Of a DNA stretch of 35,545 nucleotides, positions 15,433-25,648 are shown one piece after another. Position numbers and translations under genes: made by a program. The notes under the pieces are model-generated. The model saw nothing but the letters and a program-made list of their open reading frames with translations. It was not told the DNA's origin and searched no databases. This stretch comes from a virus (Duplodnaviria > Caudoviricetes), in the IMG/VR virus record IMGVR_UViG_3300020570_000020, positions 1 to 35,545 of that record. The stretch is one strand, 5' to 3'. How positions within the stretch are numbered: the first letter of the stretch is position 1; each line of letters starts with the position of its first letter.

Positions 15433-15786
15433 ATGCTTGTACTGAACCGACGATTAAATGATGTGGTTTACATTGGTCGAAATATTCGGCCAGATGATCT
15501 CGTCGGTTCGTGTGACTGGGCCATCAAGGCTACCTCGGTAATCGATAGCTTTGATCGGCCCAGAGTTTACGCGGACGTATGGGATAAGGAGGACTGGAGA
15601 CTAGTCCAGTTCTCCCCACAAAGCCCGTCCATTAAACTGGATGAAACAACGGTCAGGGTTCTGAGTGTCAAGCACGTTATGTGGGGATCGACTGAAGAGC
15701 CGGTCATCTATTTCGGGTTCGACGCTCCGAAGGAGATAAAGATTGTCAGGGAAAATGCTCTCAGGAAAACAAGGGATGACGATTGA
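15433..15786 (+). CDS. CsrA/RsmA-like translational regulator with large internal insertion or duplication
   Basis: MLVLNRR-x-ND-x-VYIG at the N-terminus and VRVLSVK...FGFDAPKEIKIVRE at the C-terminus match the two ends of CsrA. Confidence 0.75.
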   Translation: MLVLNRRLNDVVYIGRNIRPDDLVGSCDWAIKATSVIDSFDRPRVYADVWDKEDWRLVQFSPQSPSIKLDETTVRVLSVKHVMWGSTEEPVIYFGFDAPKEIKIVRENALRKTRDDD

Positions 15787-16225
15787 CAGCGATGTCTATG
15801 TAAAGTTTGTAGGGAACAGACCGCATCAGGGAACATCCGGCGCAGCCGGATATGATTTGGTAGCAGAAGTCCTTTCTGACTTTCCAGTAACCATTCAGCC
15901 GGGACGGTGGAAGATCGTCCAGACTGGGACATTCGTAGAGATCCCAAAAGGATACGCCGGTCTCATTCTTCCGAGATCGGGTTTAGCCGCTAAACATGGC
16001 GTGACTGTGTTGAACAGTCCCGGCCTGATCGACTCCGATTACCGGGGCGAGATAGGCGTTATCCTTCACAATGTCAATAGGCACGACGACTTTGTCGTCA
16101 CTAAAGGAATGCGAATTGCCCAACTAATGGTTGTTCGCGTTCCCGAACTCATACTAGTTGCCGAGCAGAATCTTTCTGATACAGTCAGGGGAGCCGAGGG
16201 TTTCGGCTCAACAGGTACTCAATGA
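15776..16225 (+). CDS. dut: Trimeric dUTPase
   Basis: All five motifs are present: AGYDL, PRSG, GLIDSDYRGE, RIAQL and RG-x2-GFGSTG. Confidence 0.95.
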   Translation: MTIDSDVYVKFVGNRPHQGTSGAAGYDLVAEVLSDFPVTIQPGRWKIVQTGTFVEIPKGYAGLILPRSGLAAKHGVTVLNSPGLIDSDYRGEIGVILHNVNRHDDFVVTKGMRIAQLMVVRVPELILVAEQNLSDTVRGAEGFGSTGTQ

Positions 16226-16231
16226 AAGTTT

Positions 16232-16429
16232 ATGGCAGCGGTAGACGACATTCGTCTTGCGGCGGAAAGCCCAGACATTAGTGAGAGAGATCGAAATCTT
16301 CTCACGCAAGCAAGCCAAGAGATCATTCACATGAACTGGCTTTTACTTGCTGCTCGTCCGCTTATAGCGGCGAACAGAAGCCCTCAAGCGAGGGCATTGC
16401 TTGCGCGAATAGACGACGTTCTTGCGTAG
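16232..16429 (+). CDS. Hypothetical protein
   Basis: 65-aa ORF in the operon. Confidence 0.6.
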   Translation: MAAVDDIRLAAESPDISERDRNLLTQASQEIIHMNWLLLAARPLIAANRSPQARALLARIDDVLA

Positions 16430-16963
16430 ATGATCGTCGTTCTCAGTGAAGCGGAGCAGCGACTGGCGTCCTTCATTGGAAAGGCTAGGCATCTCTCTTC
16501 AAGAGAACAGGGGATCAAAGATTTAAGGCGCGGCGATAAGCCAGCGGATCTGATAGACAAAGAAGGCGCGGCGGCAGAGATTGCTTTCTGCAAGGCTTTC
16601 AACATCTATCCAGATCTTGATGTTGGCGAGAAGAAGGTTGTTGATTGCACACTATCATCAGGCCATACGGTAGATGTGAAGTGGACTTCTCGCCCAGAAG
16701 GAATGCTGATAACCGTTCCGTGGAAGAGGCCGAAGGTTGATATCTTCGCCCTCGTCATCGGAACGATGCCTGAGTATAGAATTGCTGGATGGATGTTGGC
16801 GACGGAGTTGATCAAAGAAGAGAGGCTCCGGTTCGTCGGGAACAACAATGTGTACGCCGCGACTCAGGGCGAACTTGTTGACCCGAAATCTTTATTGGAT
16901 GTTGGACACAGTTGGATCAAGGAGACAACATGGAATCAGGAATCTTTGGAAAGCAGGAACTGA
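16430..16963 (+). CDS. Putative PD-(D/E)XK-fold protein
   Basis: G-x2-AE-x-AF...D...VDVK-x-T...D-x-F-x-LV pattern. Confidence 0.55.
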   Translation: MIVVLSEAEQRLASFIGKARHLSSREQGIKDLRRGDKPADLIDKEGAAAEIAFCKAFNIYPDLDVGEKKVVDCTLSSGHTVDVKWTSRPEGMLITVPWKRPKVDIFALVIGTMPEYRIAGWMLATELIKEERLRFVGNNNVYAATQGELVDPKSLLDVGHSWIKETTWNQESLESRN

Positions 16964-17841
16964 CTTGGGATCAGGCTGTCGAATCTTTTTGGCAATACAA
17001 GAACTCGACTCCAATCACGGAGCAGTCTAGGTACAAGATCAAGTGGGCTATCGAAGTCTACGGTCAGTACTTCAAGAGCCACCCGATCAGGGCAATAGGC
17101 AAGGCACAGGTCATACGCGCACGGGACATCGTGAAGTCGAAGTCCCAGATGAAAGCGTCATCCATCAACGACGCGACCAAGAAGTTGATGCAGGTCTTCT
17201 CATTCGCACTAGAGAGGGAATGGATTGACCGCTTACCAAAGGTTGACCCGCTGCCGGAGGAGACTCCGAATCGCCCCGTACTCCGGCCAGATCAAGCCAA
17301 GCAACTCATTGAAGAACTGCCGCCATCTCACGGTAGGGCTATCGAGTTTGCGGTAGCGACCGGCTTGCGCGGCGTGAACATCTGCCGACTCAAGTGGTCT
17401 AACGTCGATTTCGATTCCCGTTCTATCAAGATCGACGCGACCAGCATGAAGTCGCGCAAAGAGTTGACCATCCCGCTGTCCGCATCCGCCATGCGGATAC
17501 TGCTCTTCATCCGTAACACCAAGTGTCACCCAGAATTTGTCTTCGTAAATGAACGCGGTGAGCCGTTTAAGCGTATCTATTCGGATACATGGAGACGGGC
17601 AGTCAAGGCTGCTGGACTGACCGGATATGGCGTACACTCGACTAGACGAGGGTGGGCCACGGAAGTCGGCAAGCGTTCTGACTTGAAGACGCTGATGACG
17701 CTTGGCGGATGGGCGACGCCAAGCATGGCTGCGCAGTACGTTCAGCCAGACCTAGACCACCTCAGATCCAAGGCAAGCATAGTTGATGAGGTGTTCTTCA
17801 ATGAAGCGGGAAGGAAAAGTAGTCTCGATATACCCGTCTGA
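16930..17841 (+). CDS. int: Tyrosine recombinase / integrase
   Basis: TGLR-x2-NI-x2-L-x-W, K, HSTRRGWAT, LGGW and Y catalytic set. ATG after GGAG. Confidence 0.9.
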   Translation: MESGIFGKQELTWDQAVESFWQYKNSTPITEQSRYKIKWAIEVYGQYFKSHPIRAIGKAQVIRARDIVKSKSQMKASSINDATKKLMQVFSFALEREWIDRLPKVDPLPEETPNRPVLRPDQAKQLIEELPPSHGRAIEFAVATGLRGVNICRLKWSNVDFDSRSIKIDATSMKSRKELTIPLSASAMRILLFIRNTKCHPEFVFVNERGEPFKRIYSDTWRRAVKAAGLTGYGVHSTRRGWATEVGKRSDLKTLMTLGGWATPSMAAQYVQPDLDHLRSKASIVDEVFFNEAGRKSSLDIPV

Positions 17842-18016
17842 CGACGAGATCCTTGACGCGCACAAGGGCTACCCTGCAAAGCGTGATCTGCTGATCCTCT
17901 ACTTGGATCAGGACGGCAGTCTAGTGTGCAGTTCGAACACCAACGATAAGGCGAAATTACTTTTCCTTATCGAGATGTTCAAACTGCATTTACTAGACGG
18001 CGACTTTGACGGTTAG
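17801..18016 (+). CDS. Hypothetical protein
   Basis: MKREGKVVSI... after GAGGTG. Its stop overlaps the stop of the giant gene. Confidence 0.65.
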   Translation: MKREGKVVSIYPSDDEILDAHKGYPAKRDLLILYLDQDGSLVCSSNTNDKAKLLFLIEMFKLHLLDGDFDG

Positions 18017-21000
18017 CCCTCTCTGTCCTTGATCTTCTCGTACCGCGAGTTGAACTCGTCGTACACCTTTTGGATTTCCAGTTCGATCTTCTCGATCTGT
18101 TCCTCCTTCAGGGCTTCAGCAGATGAGGAGTTCTGAATGCTCTTGCGGCGTTCATAGAGTTTGCTCAACCGACGCTGCGCATTCTTGGCGAACGGCAGAG
18201 CAAGGTAGTCAACCCTGTTATCGCCAACGAACTCTTCCCTCTCGCCACCCTTGAGTGTCTTGGCTTCCGCCTCGACTCGATACACAGAGTCCATGCGGTC
18301 GTAGAAGTCGCCGGGGTTCATCGTCCAAGAGGTCGTCTTTATGACCTTGTTGACGATAGGAACCTGACGGACTTCGATGTCTTTCCCGGTGATAACCTTC
18401 TCGGCAACGCCATAAGCCTGCATCAATGTGCGTCCTGCGCCGCCGAAGATCTCTCCAATGAGATATTCAGCTGCGTCAGGGCTGACATCGATCAAGCCCG
18501 GCTGGAAGTCCGTGCCGCCAGTCGCCTTGTTCAAGAAGTTTGAGAACGCGATTGCCGTGTCCGTTGTTCCTCGACGGTGCAGCGAAGCGTCCGGCATCTT
18601 GACCTTGGCGAACTCAGGGTTCTCCTTGTAGATCGGATTGCCAGCAAAGTCCTCGTTCATTGCGATATCGACAAGTGGGCGAATAGCGGTCGGGGTAATG
18701 CCCCTGATTGTGCTACCAGCGGCACTCGTAGACTCCGGAACGCGGAGCGGTGACATGTCGTTGGCAATCTTTCCAAGCGTCTTGCCTGCGAATCCTCCAG
18801 CAGACTCAATGCCAAGCATTGCCTCTGTCGCTTTGATGGCTCCGTAAGTCAGGATGCTGTAGCCGTAAGGCAGCGGGATCACAAGGATAGGCATTCCCGG
18901 GAACTTAACCGGCAAGCCATTCTCCTTAACGTAGTCAGGGAGGTTCTCCCACTCTGTCTTCCCATTCTCCTCTTCTTCGCTTGCGGCAAGACTCATTGCG
19001 GTGACAGCTGCCGCAGCACCTGCTGCGTAGTACATCAACTTGCGAGCCTCGGCAGAAGTCATCGTTCTGAAGAACTGCAAGTTACCGTTGATGCTCGCCT
19101 GCCAGAACATGTAGAACGAGTTCATAAGCGGCCCCGCCTCGCCGCGACGGTTAAAGTTCACCGTCACATTCTTTGCAAGCAGAGCCGCTTTGTCTCGGCT
19201 GACGCCAGCCTTACGCGCATTGACGTAAGCGACAACGCGAACCGCGTTCTCGGTCATGTCGTTGAAATGCTCAATCGCATTCTTTACGCCATTGAGTCCT
19301 CGCTTAACCTTTGTCAGAGCAGATCCGCCCTCAAGCGATCCAGACTCGCTAATCAAATCTATACTGCTTTGAAGCTCTCGATGCAGTTCGCGAGCGTCAA
19401 GATTTCTAACGTACCCAGTGGCTCCTCCGTCTTCGAAAAACTCCTTTACGAAGTTATCTTCTGCGGCATCACCGGCCTTGTTGTTGAGATATCGACTGAG
19501 AGCCTTGTGATACTTAAGGCTGACATAGTCTGATACCGCAGCCTGCACAACGGTCTTGCCATCAACCTTTCCAGCCCCCTTCAAGAGTCCGTCATGAAGA
19601 TCAGCCTCGGCGACAAGGTTCATCATACCGGCCATAAAGTCACGCGGCACGTTGACGATAGACCAAGCAGGGTTCCATCGCGTTGTCATGCCAGCTAGGA
19701 ATGATGACGCCCTGCCGAACGTATTCTGTACGGCATTGACGAGGCTACCCATATCCGCTGCGCCAAGGTTAAGCATGGCGCGTCGAAGGTTGTCGTCCTT
19801 GATATCAATGAGAATGGTCTGCCCATCCTCTTTAACCTCAAAGAAGTCTTCCCCCGGTCTGCGGCTAGACTGCCTGCGCAAAAGAACGGCATCTTTCTTC
19901 GAATCCATGTACCGCGTGTAGACCGGGTTGTCCTTGTCAATGACCTCCCACATCGAGTCATCCTTGAACGTCCTTACGAGGTTCAAGAAACGGCGGCCAA
20001 CTTCGGCCTTTCGCGCACGGATTGTCTTCTCATACGCCTGCTTAATCGCGTTTGTCACAGGCGGGAATGCCATAGTCTGGCGACCGAGAGCGGCGAGCGA
20101 CTCCTTGCCGCCAATTGAAAAGCCGCGACCGACGCGCATCGGGCTGTTTTGCGGCGAGTCGAACTCGTCGATAGCCCATCCTGTTAGCGGAACATAAGAC
20201 TTGTACTTGTCATTCCAAGCGCCAACGACCTCTTCCTCGATGAGTCCTGAAGAAACCATACGCTGCTGCGTTGACCTGACCAAGTCGTCAACGAACTTCA
20301 TGGCGGCAGAGTACTTGTCGTACTTGCCTTCATCTCGGAATCGATTCGTGATGGATATAGCATCCTTTGTGTTTATGCCAGAGCCACCATCAGCATACCT
20401 TTCCTTCATGGTCAGGTATCGCTCTAGGTTTCGGCTTTCCTCTGCCGTTGCCTTTGTGAGATCTCCGTCGTACTTATCAGACAACTGCTGACGAAGTTCG
20501 TCGTATTTAACGGCATTCTTCTTTGCGATCTCGGCATTGCGTTCAGGGGCATGGCGAACGTAAGCAAAAAGATTTAGCTCGTTGTAGTCGAGGCCGTTGT
20601 CGAAGACGTACTTCATCATCGGCTCAAGATACTGACGCTGAATCTTTCGCTCGTCCTCGGTAACCTGACCGCTGAAACGCTCGATCTGACCAGCCGCATC
20701 CATCTCGTCGCTGATACGAGACATGCCAATCTTCTTCGCCATCTCCTTCTGGAACTGCTCAAGGCGGTAGAAGGAGTTGACGAATGTTCGCGTCAGCGTG
20801 TCGCGCAGCGTCTCGTCTGCGCCGTTGTAAATGCTTGTCGGCCTAGTCTGTTCAAGCGATGAGTTGACAATTGTTTGCAGAGAGTCAACAGCATGGCCGA
20901 TGCTTCCAAACGCGCCGCTATTTACAGCGGAAACGATTGCTCCGTTGCGCTGATTCATGAACAGCGGGAAGCCCTTGTAGACCGCAATCTCTTTCAGAGG

Positions 21001-24000
21001 CTCCGGGATCTGAAGAACGTGGAAGTCCCTGGCCTCGGCCTTGATCTCTGGGAACTGAATCGAAAACTCTAGCGGCTGATCTTCGTTACTGCGAACAAAC
21101 TCATCAAGCTCAGCTGCGGAGTTTGCGGTTCCAATGTATTGGAGATCGGAGTGGACATGAACCTCTCCGCCTTCTGTGATCGCCCTCTTTGCTGATCGGA
21201 CGCTGTCGGTTGCAAACCCGCTGTCCTCTCCGCGCTGAGGTGTGACCTCGATCTTGCCAACAGTCATGCGACCGCCAAACTTTCCAAACAGGTTCTTTGA
21301 CCTGTTCACGAGTTCACGATCATAGAAGGCCATCATACCATCGCCAGAGTCGAGGAGATCTCCAGACAGAGACATGAAATCTCTGTTCATGCCGGAGGAC
21401 TTAACGCCCTCGTTGTTCAGCATCCTTTCAGCAACAGTCTTCGGAATAAACTTACCTAGTTCATTCTCTTTTACAGACCTGCTCTCTCCGGTGACATTTC
21501 CGCCACGGTCAATAGGACGAATGTGGTAAGTGCCGTTCGCGTTCTTCTTGTAAAGAACCTCGCTAAATGTGCGACGCACATCGTAACGAGCCTTTTGGTC
21601 TGCGCCAGTCGTCCAAGCGACTCGGTCATAGCCATTCTCTGCGGCAAAGCGAACGATGCGGCGCAGGGCAAGGTCAGGCCAAGTCGTCTTGAACGGGGCG
21701 TCCGGAATGCCGGACTCTTCGGTGTAGCCCTCGCGGCGACCAGCCTGATGCCAGTCGCTCTGAATCTCCTCAATTAGTAGGACGCGATTACCATCGGTAT
21801 CGACCCGCTCCTTGAGGCGGACATGCGCCAAGATATTTTTGACGTCACCGAAGTCGTGCATCTCGCTGACGAACGGCTTACCCTTGAAGTTCGGCAGGGT
21901 GAGCAATAGCTCTTTGTACCCAGTTCCGCCGGGGAACGTATAGAACTCAAAGTTGCCCTTGCCAACAGCATCGACAACGTCGATCTGACGCTGCTGGATT
22001 TCGTCCAGAAGCTGCTGCTTGGTGATGCTCCCAGTTTGGGAGCGAAGCCAGTTCGGGAGATCGTAATACTCAAGCTCCTCGGCCTTAGTTCCGGGAATGT
22101 TCTTGAGCGTATTGAGCCACTGCTCCGCAGGAGCCTTGACCATCTTCAGGCTTTCAACAGCACTCTTAACAGCACTGTAGAAAGTCGGCGCGACATCTCG
22201 TACGCCGCCTAGAACTGTGCTTCTTTGCCCTTCGCGGACTCGACGAACTTCGCCCTCTCCGCCCACTCCGGGTTCGGCTGGTTCTTGTCCAGCCATTCCT
22301 TCGCGAGGAATCCCGCCCCGAACAGGCGGCTCCGCAGCACCGACGCCGGGACTGGGTGGCCGAACTTCTTCTCGTACTCCTGAAGGTAACTCGCGTCTTG
22401 CTGCAGCAGGTTCATTCCTTGCAATCTCCCTCTTAATGAAAGCAGAGGCCAGAGGCGCATTGTCCTCCAGCCACTTCGGATTGACTATATGGATGGCGAA
22501 GATCTGGCCAATAATCTCGGACTGAATCGCCGTCCAGTCCTTGCCATACGGGCCATTGAACTGACGGTCGCCGATGTAGAAGAACGGGTAGGCGAACTGT
22601 GCCGCCGTGCCAGCCTCGGCAGTAGCCTGAGCGATAGCCTCGTCCGGGTTCATGCCGCCCTCCATGAGGCGGGTAGCATTCGGAACGATAACCGTTCGCA
22701 TCTCGTTGGCGAGAAGCCCGAAGATCTCTCGGATCATCGGAGGCGCTGCACCTGAGACGTCGGTTACTGAGCCGTTGTTGATGGTCAACACCTGATTTGA
22801 GATGCGAGTCTCTCGCGGGGTGTCGTAGCCATTGCGGCTGTGCAGGTTGTGGCCGAGTTCGTGCGCGATCGTTACGCGCAGAAGTTCGCGGAACTTCGGG
22901 TCGGCAAAATTTGCAGCGTTAAAGAAGTCCTCCGAGAGGGAAATGATCTTTCGATCCCTAAAGAAGAGACCCTTAGTCTCCAACTCGTTGGTGTTCTTAT
23001 AGACCTCGACCCCCTCAACAAGACTACGGGGCAAGCCGAAGTTATCCACAAGATCAACAAATGCGGCGGTGACCTCATCCCTGAAGTCGCCTTCTGCCAC
23101 GGCACTGACTGTGTTCGGGTTAGCCCGGAAGGTTAGTCCAGTGCCATAGGTGATCGTCGCGGCAGTCGGTGACTGCAACAGAGTTGCCGTATCGCCAACC
23201 TCCCTGCCAAAGGCGGGGATGTTTTCCGCCATACGGGAACGCTGCGCAGGAGGCTCCGCAGGAGGCGTAATAGCCTCCGCAACAGCCGGGGCAGGCGCAG
23301 GTGCGGGGGCAGCCGCCTCGGCCCTAGGCCGGGCTGCCCGTTGGCCACGCTCAAGACTACGAAGGTCTTCCGCAGCCAATGCGTTTACAGCCGTCTGGAG
23401 AGAGTCCCTCTCCGGCCCAGCTGGCATGGTGGCAATCATGTCCTCAAGCCGCTTACGGGCCTGAGCGTTCGGCATACGACCAGCCGCCGCAGCGCGTTCG
23501 CGCCGACGGCCAGCCCTCGGAGCCGGGGTAGGTGCAGGAGCAGGAGCGGGAGCGGGGGCCGGTGCTGGGGCAGGGGCAGGTTCGACAGCCGTCTGAACCT
23601 CAGCAACAGGCTCCACCGCCGATACGGGTTCCGCCGTCACAGCAGGAGCCGGACGCATAAACGACTCGCCGGGTCTCGCGCTGTATGCCAAAGCCTCCAG
23701 TCGGCTCATTGGCTGCTGGACTGTCTCCGGCTGCGGAACGATGTTTGTGGCGCTACGCGCCACAGCCTCAAGGCGATTATCGGCAGGCCGAGTTACCGGA
23801 GACCCAGCGCCTTCGCCAAGCGAAGGACGCGCCAAGGTCATTGCCGGAGGCTCAACGCCAGTCAGGTCGCGAGCCGGGGGCGGGATAACCTCTCCGCTTA
23901 CTGTGCCGCGACGCGGCTCAGGTCGGCGACCAAATTGACCCATGACCCTTTCAAGGGTGGTCTGCGGAGCCTGACCAAAGAATGGCTGCTGAACCGGCTC

Positions 24001-25602
24001 GATGCCAGCCGAGATAGCAGTCTGCGGGAATCGCGAAACAACGCCAGCCATCTCAGGCGCAACCTGAGTTCTAAACGTCGGGAACAAGTATTCGATGGCC
24101 GCTAACTTGGCCAGCCCATCGCTTAACTGCGCCTCTTCGTTCTTGATGAGATTGCGAAGTGTCTTTGCCTGTTTCGTCTGGGACGGCGCAGTGCGATCAA
24201 GTTGCAAGCGACGCGCATCGAGACGCTCATTGAGGTTCGTGACTCGGTCGCGCAGAGCAGAACGCTCCGCTTCGATCTGGGTACGCTCATCAGGGGTAAT
24301 GCGCGGACGGTAAACGTCAGCAATCTTTACGACGGTGGTATCAAGATACTCACCGGACATAACCTTGCGCACATCTTCTGTGAGTGCAGCAAGAACATCA
24401 CGACCGCTTGCGGTCTCGCGAACAGACTCGCCAACACTTGCGGCTATCGCGCCGGGTTGAATCTCAGCGGCTCTGCGGAATACAGGCGTGGCAACGCCCT
24501 CGACATCCTTGATGTCGTAAGCATTGTCGATCGCTTCAAACTTTGCAGGGTCAGCGAGAGACTCCCTGAGAAAAGCCGTCTCAATGCTTTGCTCAAGGCT
24601 CGGTTGCTGAACAGACTCAAGCTCCGAGAGTCGCTGAACCGCAAACGCTGGAGGCTGAGGAGCCGGAGGGGCAGGCGGCGGAGGCGGAACAATCTGATCG
24701 CCGGTTATGCCAGCCTCACCCCCTGTAACAGGAGGGGTCGGCTGGGCTGGCATCGGGCCACCGCCAATGCGACGCGCAGCAGCAATCTCAGCCGGGAGAA
24801 TAGCGGCCTCAAGAAGACCGCCACCGATTGCGGCGGTCGCGACGCCAGTTGTTGGATCGATGCCGCTATCAATGTAGCGACGCTGCATCAGGTTTTGCGC
24901 GTATTGATTCCCGCCTTCAGCAGAGCCTTGCAGGAGAGTCTGAAGGGCGGTCTTTCTCAGGGCAGACGATATGCCGGTTACGGCTGGGCCAATCGGCGCG
25001 ATAGCAACAGATGCAGCATCAATGGCGGCGCCGAGACCAGAGGCTTTGGCCGCGTAATCATCAGCGCCTTCAAAGTCTCCGGGGTTTCTTTCGATGTAAC
25101 TGTAGTAGTTATCACCATAACTCTGGATGAAAGATGCGGTGCCGCCACCCAAAGCACCGCCAATGATCGCGCCAACAGCGGTTCCAACCGGGCCTATGGC
25201 AGAACCCGCGATTGCACCAGCGCCTGCGCCAGCGAGAAAACCAGTAGACGACCCGAGCATATTCGGGATCGCCTGCCGCCAAAAGTTTGGATCTGTGATG
25301 TTCAGCGCACCGGACAATCCCGTGTCGCCATAAGCAGGCTGATACAGATATGGGGATGCTTCAGCTACGTTTTGCTCTGCCGCAACTCCAAGCGTTGTTG
25401 CAAGACCTTGGTCTCCAAGCGCCTCTGCCGCACGCTGAAAGGTTCTTTGCACCCCAGCCTGCATAACATCGACGCCTGCGCCGAAAGCCTTTGAGATTGA
25501 AGGCTCTTTACCGGCCTCGGCTTGCTTGCCGAGCGACGCGCCAAGAGAGCGAACGCTCTCAGGATCAACGATATCACCCCAAAGATCTGTAATGTCAGCC
25601 AT
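18013..25602 (-). CDS. Giant internal virion (DNA ejection) polyvalent protein with zincin peptidase and LPD38-like C-terminus
   Basis: 2529 aa. Gly-zipper N-terminus, (PA)n linkers, AHELGH, EEIQSDW domain and NFNRRG...FYMFWQAS C-terminal block. Last gene of the late operon. Confidence 0.75.
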   Translation of the reverse strand: MADITDLWGDIVDPESVRSLGASLGKQAEAGKEPSISKAFGAGVDVMQAGVQRTFQRAAEALGDQGLATTLGVAAEQNVAEASPYLYQPAYGDTGLSGALNITDPNFWRQAIPNMLGSSTGFLAGAGAGAIAGSAIGPVGTAVGAIIGGALGGGTASFIQSYGDNYYSYIERNPGDFEGADDYAAKASGLGAAIDAASVAIAPIGPAVTGISSALRKTALQTLLQGSAEGGNQYAQNLMQRRYIDSGIDPTTGVATAAIGGGLLEAAILPAEIAAARRIGGGPMPAQPTPPVTGGEAGITGDQIVPPPPPAPPAPQPPAFAVQRLSELESVQQPSLEQSIETAFLRESLADPAKFEAIDNAYDIKDVEGVATPVFRRAAEIQPGAIAASVGESVRETASGRDVLAALTEDVRKVMSGEYLDTTVVKIADVYRPRITPDERTQIEAERSALRDRVTNLNERLDARRLQLDRTAPSQTKQAKTLRNLIKNEEAQLSDGLAKLAAIEYLFPTFRTQVAPEMAGVVSRFPQTAISAGIEPVQQPFFGQAPQTTLERVMGQFGRRPEPRRGTVSGEVIPPPARDLTGVEPPAMTLARPSLGEGAGSPVTRPADNRLEAVARSATNIVPQPETVQQPMSRLEALAYSARPGESFMRPAPAVTAEPVSAVEPVAEVQTAVEPAPAPAPAPAPAPAPAPTPAPRAGRRRERAAAAGRMPNAQARKRLEDMIATMPAGPERDSLQTAVNALAAEDLRSLERGQRAARPRAEAAAPAPAPAPAVAEAITPPAEPPAQRSRMAENIPAFGREVGDTATLLQSPTAATITYGTGLTFRANPNTVSAVAEGDFRDEVTAAFVDLVDNFGLPRSLVEGVEVYKNTNELETKGLFFRDRKIISLSEDFFNAANFADPKFRELLRVTIAHELGHNLHSRNGYDTPRETRISNQVLTINNGSVTDVSGAAPPMIREIFGLLANEMRTVIVPNATRLMEGGMNPDEAIAQATAEAGTAAQFAYPFFYIGDRQFNGPYGKDWTAIQSEIIGQIFAIHIVNPKWLEDNAPLASAFIKREIARNEPAAARRELPSGVREEVRPPSPGVGAAEPPVRGGIPREGMAGQEPAEPGVGGEGEVRRVREGQRSTVLGGVRDVAPTFYSAVKSAVESLKMVKAPAEQWLNTLKNIPGTKAEELEYYDLPNWLRSQTGSITKQQLLDEIQQRQIDVVDAVGKGNFEFYTFPGGTGYKELLLTLPNFKGKPFVSEMHDFGDVKNILAHVRLKERVDTDGNRVLLIEEIQSDWHQAGRREGYTEESGIPDAPFKTTWPDLALRRIVRFAAENGYDRVAWTTGADQKARYDVRRTFSEVLYKKNANGTYHIRPIDRGGNVTGESRSVKENELGKFIPKTVAERMLNNEGVKSSGMNRDFMSLSGDLLDSGDGMMAFYDRELVNRSKNLFGKFGGRMTVGKIEVTPQRGEDSGFATDSVRSAKRAITEGGEVHVHSDLQYIGTANSAAELDEFVRSNEDQPLEFSIQFPEIKAEARDFHVLQIPEPLKEIAVYKGFPLFMNQRNGAIVSAVNSGAFGSIGHAVDSLQTIVNSSLEQTRPTSIYNGADETLRDTLTRTFVNSFYRLEQFQKEMAKKIGMSRISDEMDAAGQIERFSGQVTEDERKIQRQYLEPMMKYVFDNGLDYNELNLFAYVRHAPERNAEIAKKNAVKYDELRQQLSDKYDGDLTKATAEESRNLERYLTMKERYADGGSGINTKDAISITNRFRDEGKYDKYSAAMKFVDDLVRSTQQRMVSSGLIEEEVVGAWNDKYKSYVPLTGWAIDEFDSPQNSPMRVGRGFSIGGKESLAALGRQTMAFPPVTNAIKQAYEKTIRARKAEVGRRFLNLVRTFKDDSMWEVIDKDNPVYTRYMDSKKDAVLLRRQSSRRPGEDFFEVKEDGQTILIDIKDDNLRRAMLNLGAADMGSLVNAVQNTFGRASSFLAGMTTRWNPAWSIVNVPRDFMAGMMNLVAEADLHDGLLKGAGKVDGKTVVQAAVSDYVSLKYHKALSRYLNNKAGDAAEDNFVKEFFEDGGATGYVRNLDARELHRELQSSIDLISESGSLEGGSALTKVKRGLNGVKNAIEHFNDMTENAVRVVAYVNARKAGVSRDKAALLAKNVTVNFNRRGEAGPLMNSFYMFWQASINGNLQFFRTMTSAEARKLMYYAAGAAAAVTAMSLAASEEEENGKTEWENLPDYVKENGLPVKFPGMPILVIPLPYGYSILTYGAIKATEAMLGIESAGGFAGKTLGKIANDMSPLRVPESTSAAGSTIRGITPTAIRPLVDIAMNEDFAGNPIYKENPEFAKVKMPDASLHRRGTTDTAIAFSNFLNKATGGTDFQPGLIDVSPDAAEYLIGEIFGGAGRTLMQAYGVAEKVITGKDIEVRQVPIVNKVIKTTSWTMNPGDFYDRMDSVYRVEAEAKTLKGGEREEFVGDNRVDYLALPFAKNAQRRLSKLYERRKSIQNSSSAEALKEEQIEKIELEIQKVYDEFNSRYEKIKDREG

Positions 25603-25648
25603 GTCTCACCGTGTGTGGTTGGTTGCTTCCATCACTTTGCTCCATGTA

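Noticed and set aside
23520-23582. (PA)n repeat as a DNA-level tandem repeat element
   Set aside because: Codons vary at third positions, indicating a protein linker rather than a DNA repeat.
24202-25494. 430-aa + strand ORF (and 23341-24105) opposite the giant protein
   Set aside because: R/S/C-rich shadow translation of GC-rich A/P/G codons, with no recognisable domain.
18013-25602. Virion RNA polymerase (N4-like) as the identity of the giant protein
   Set aside because: No single-subunit or DxDGD-type polymerase motifs were seen.
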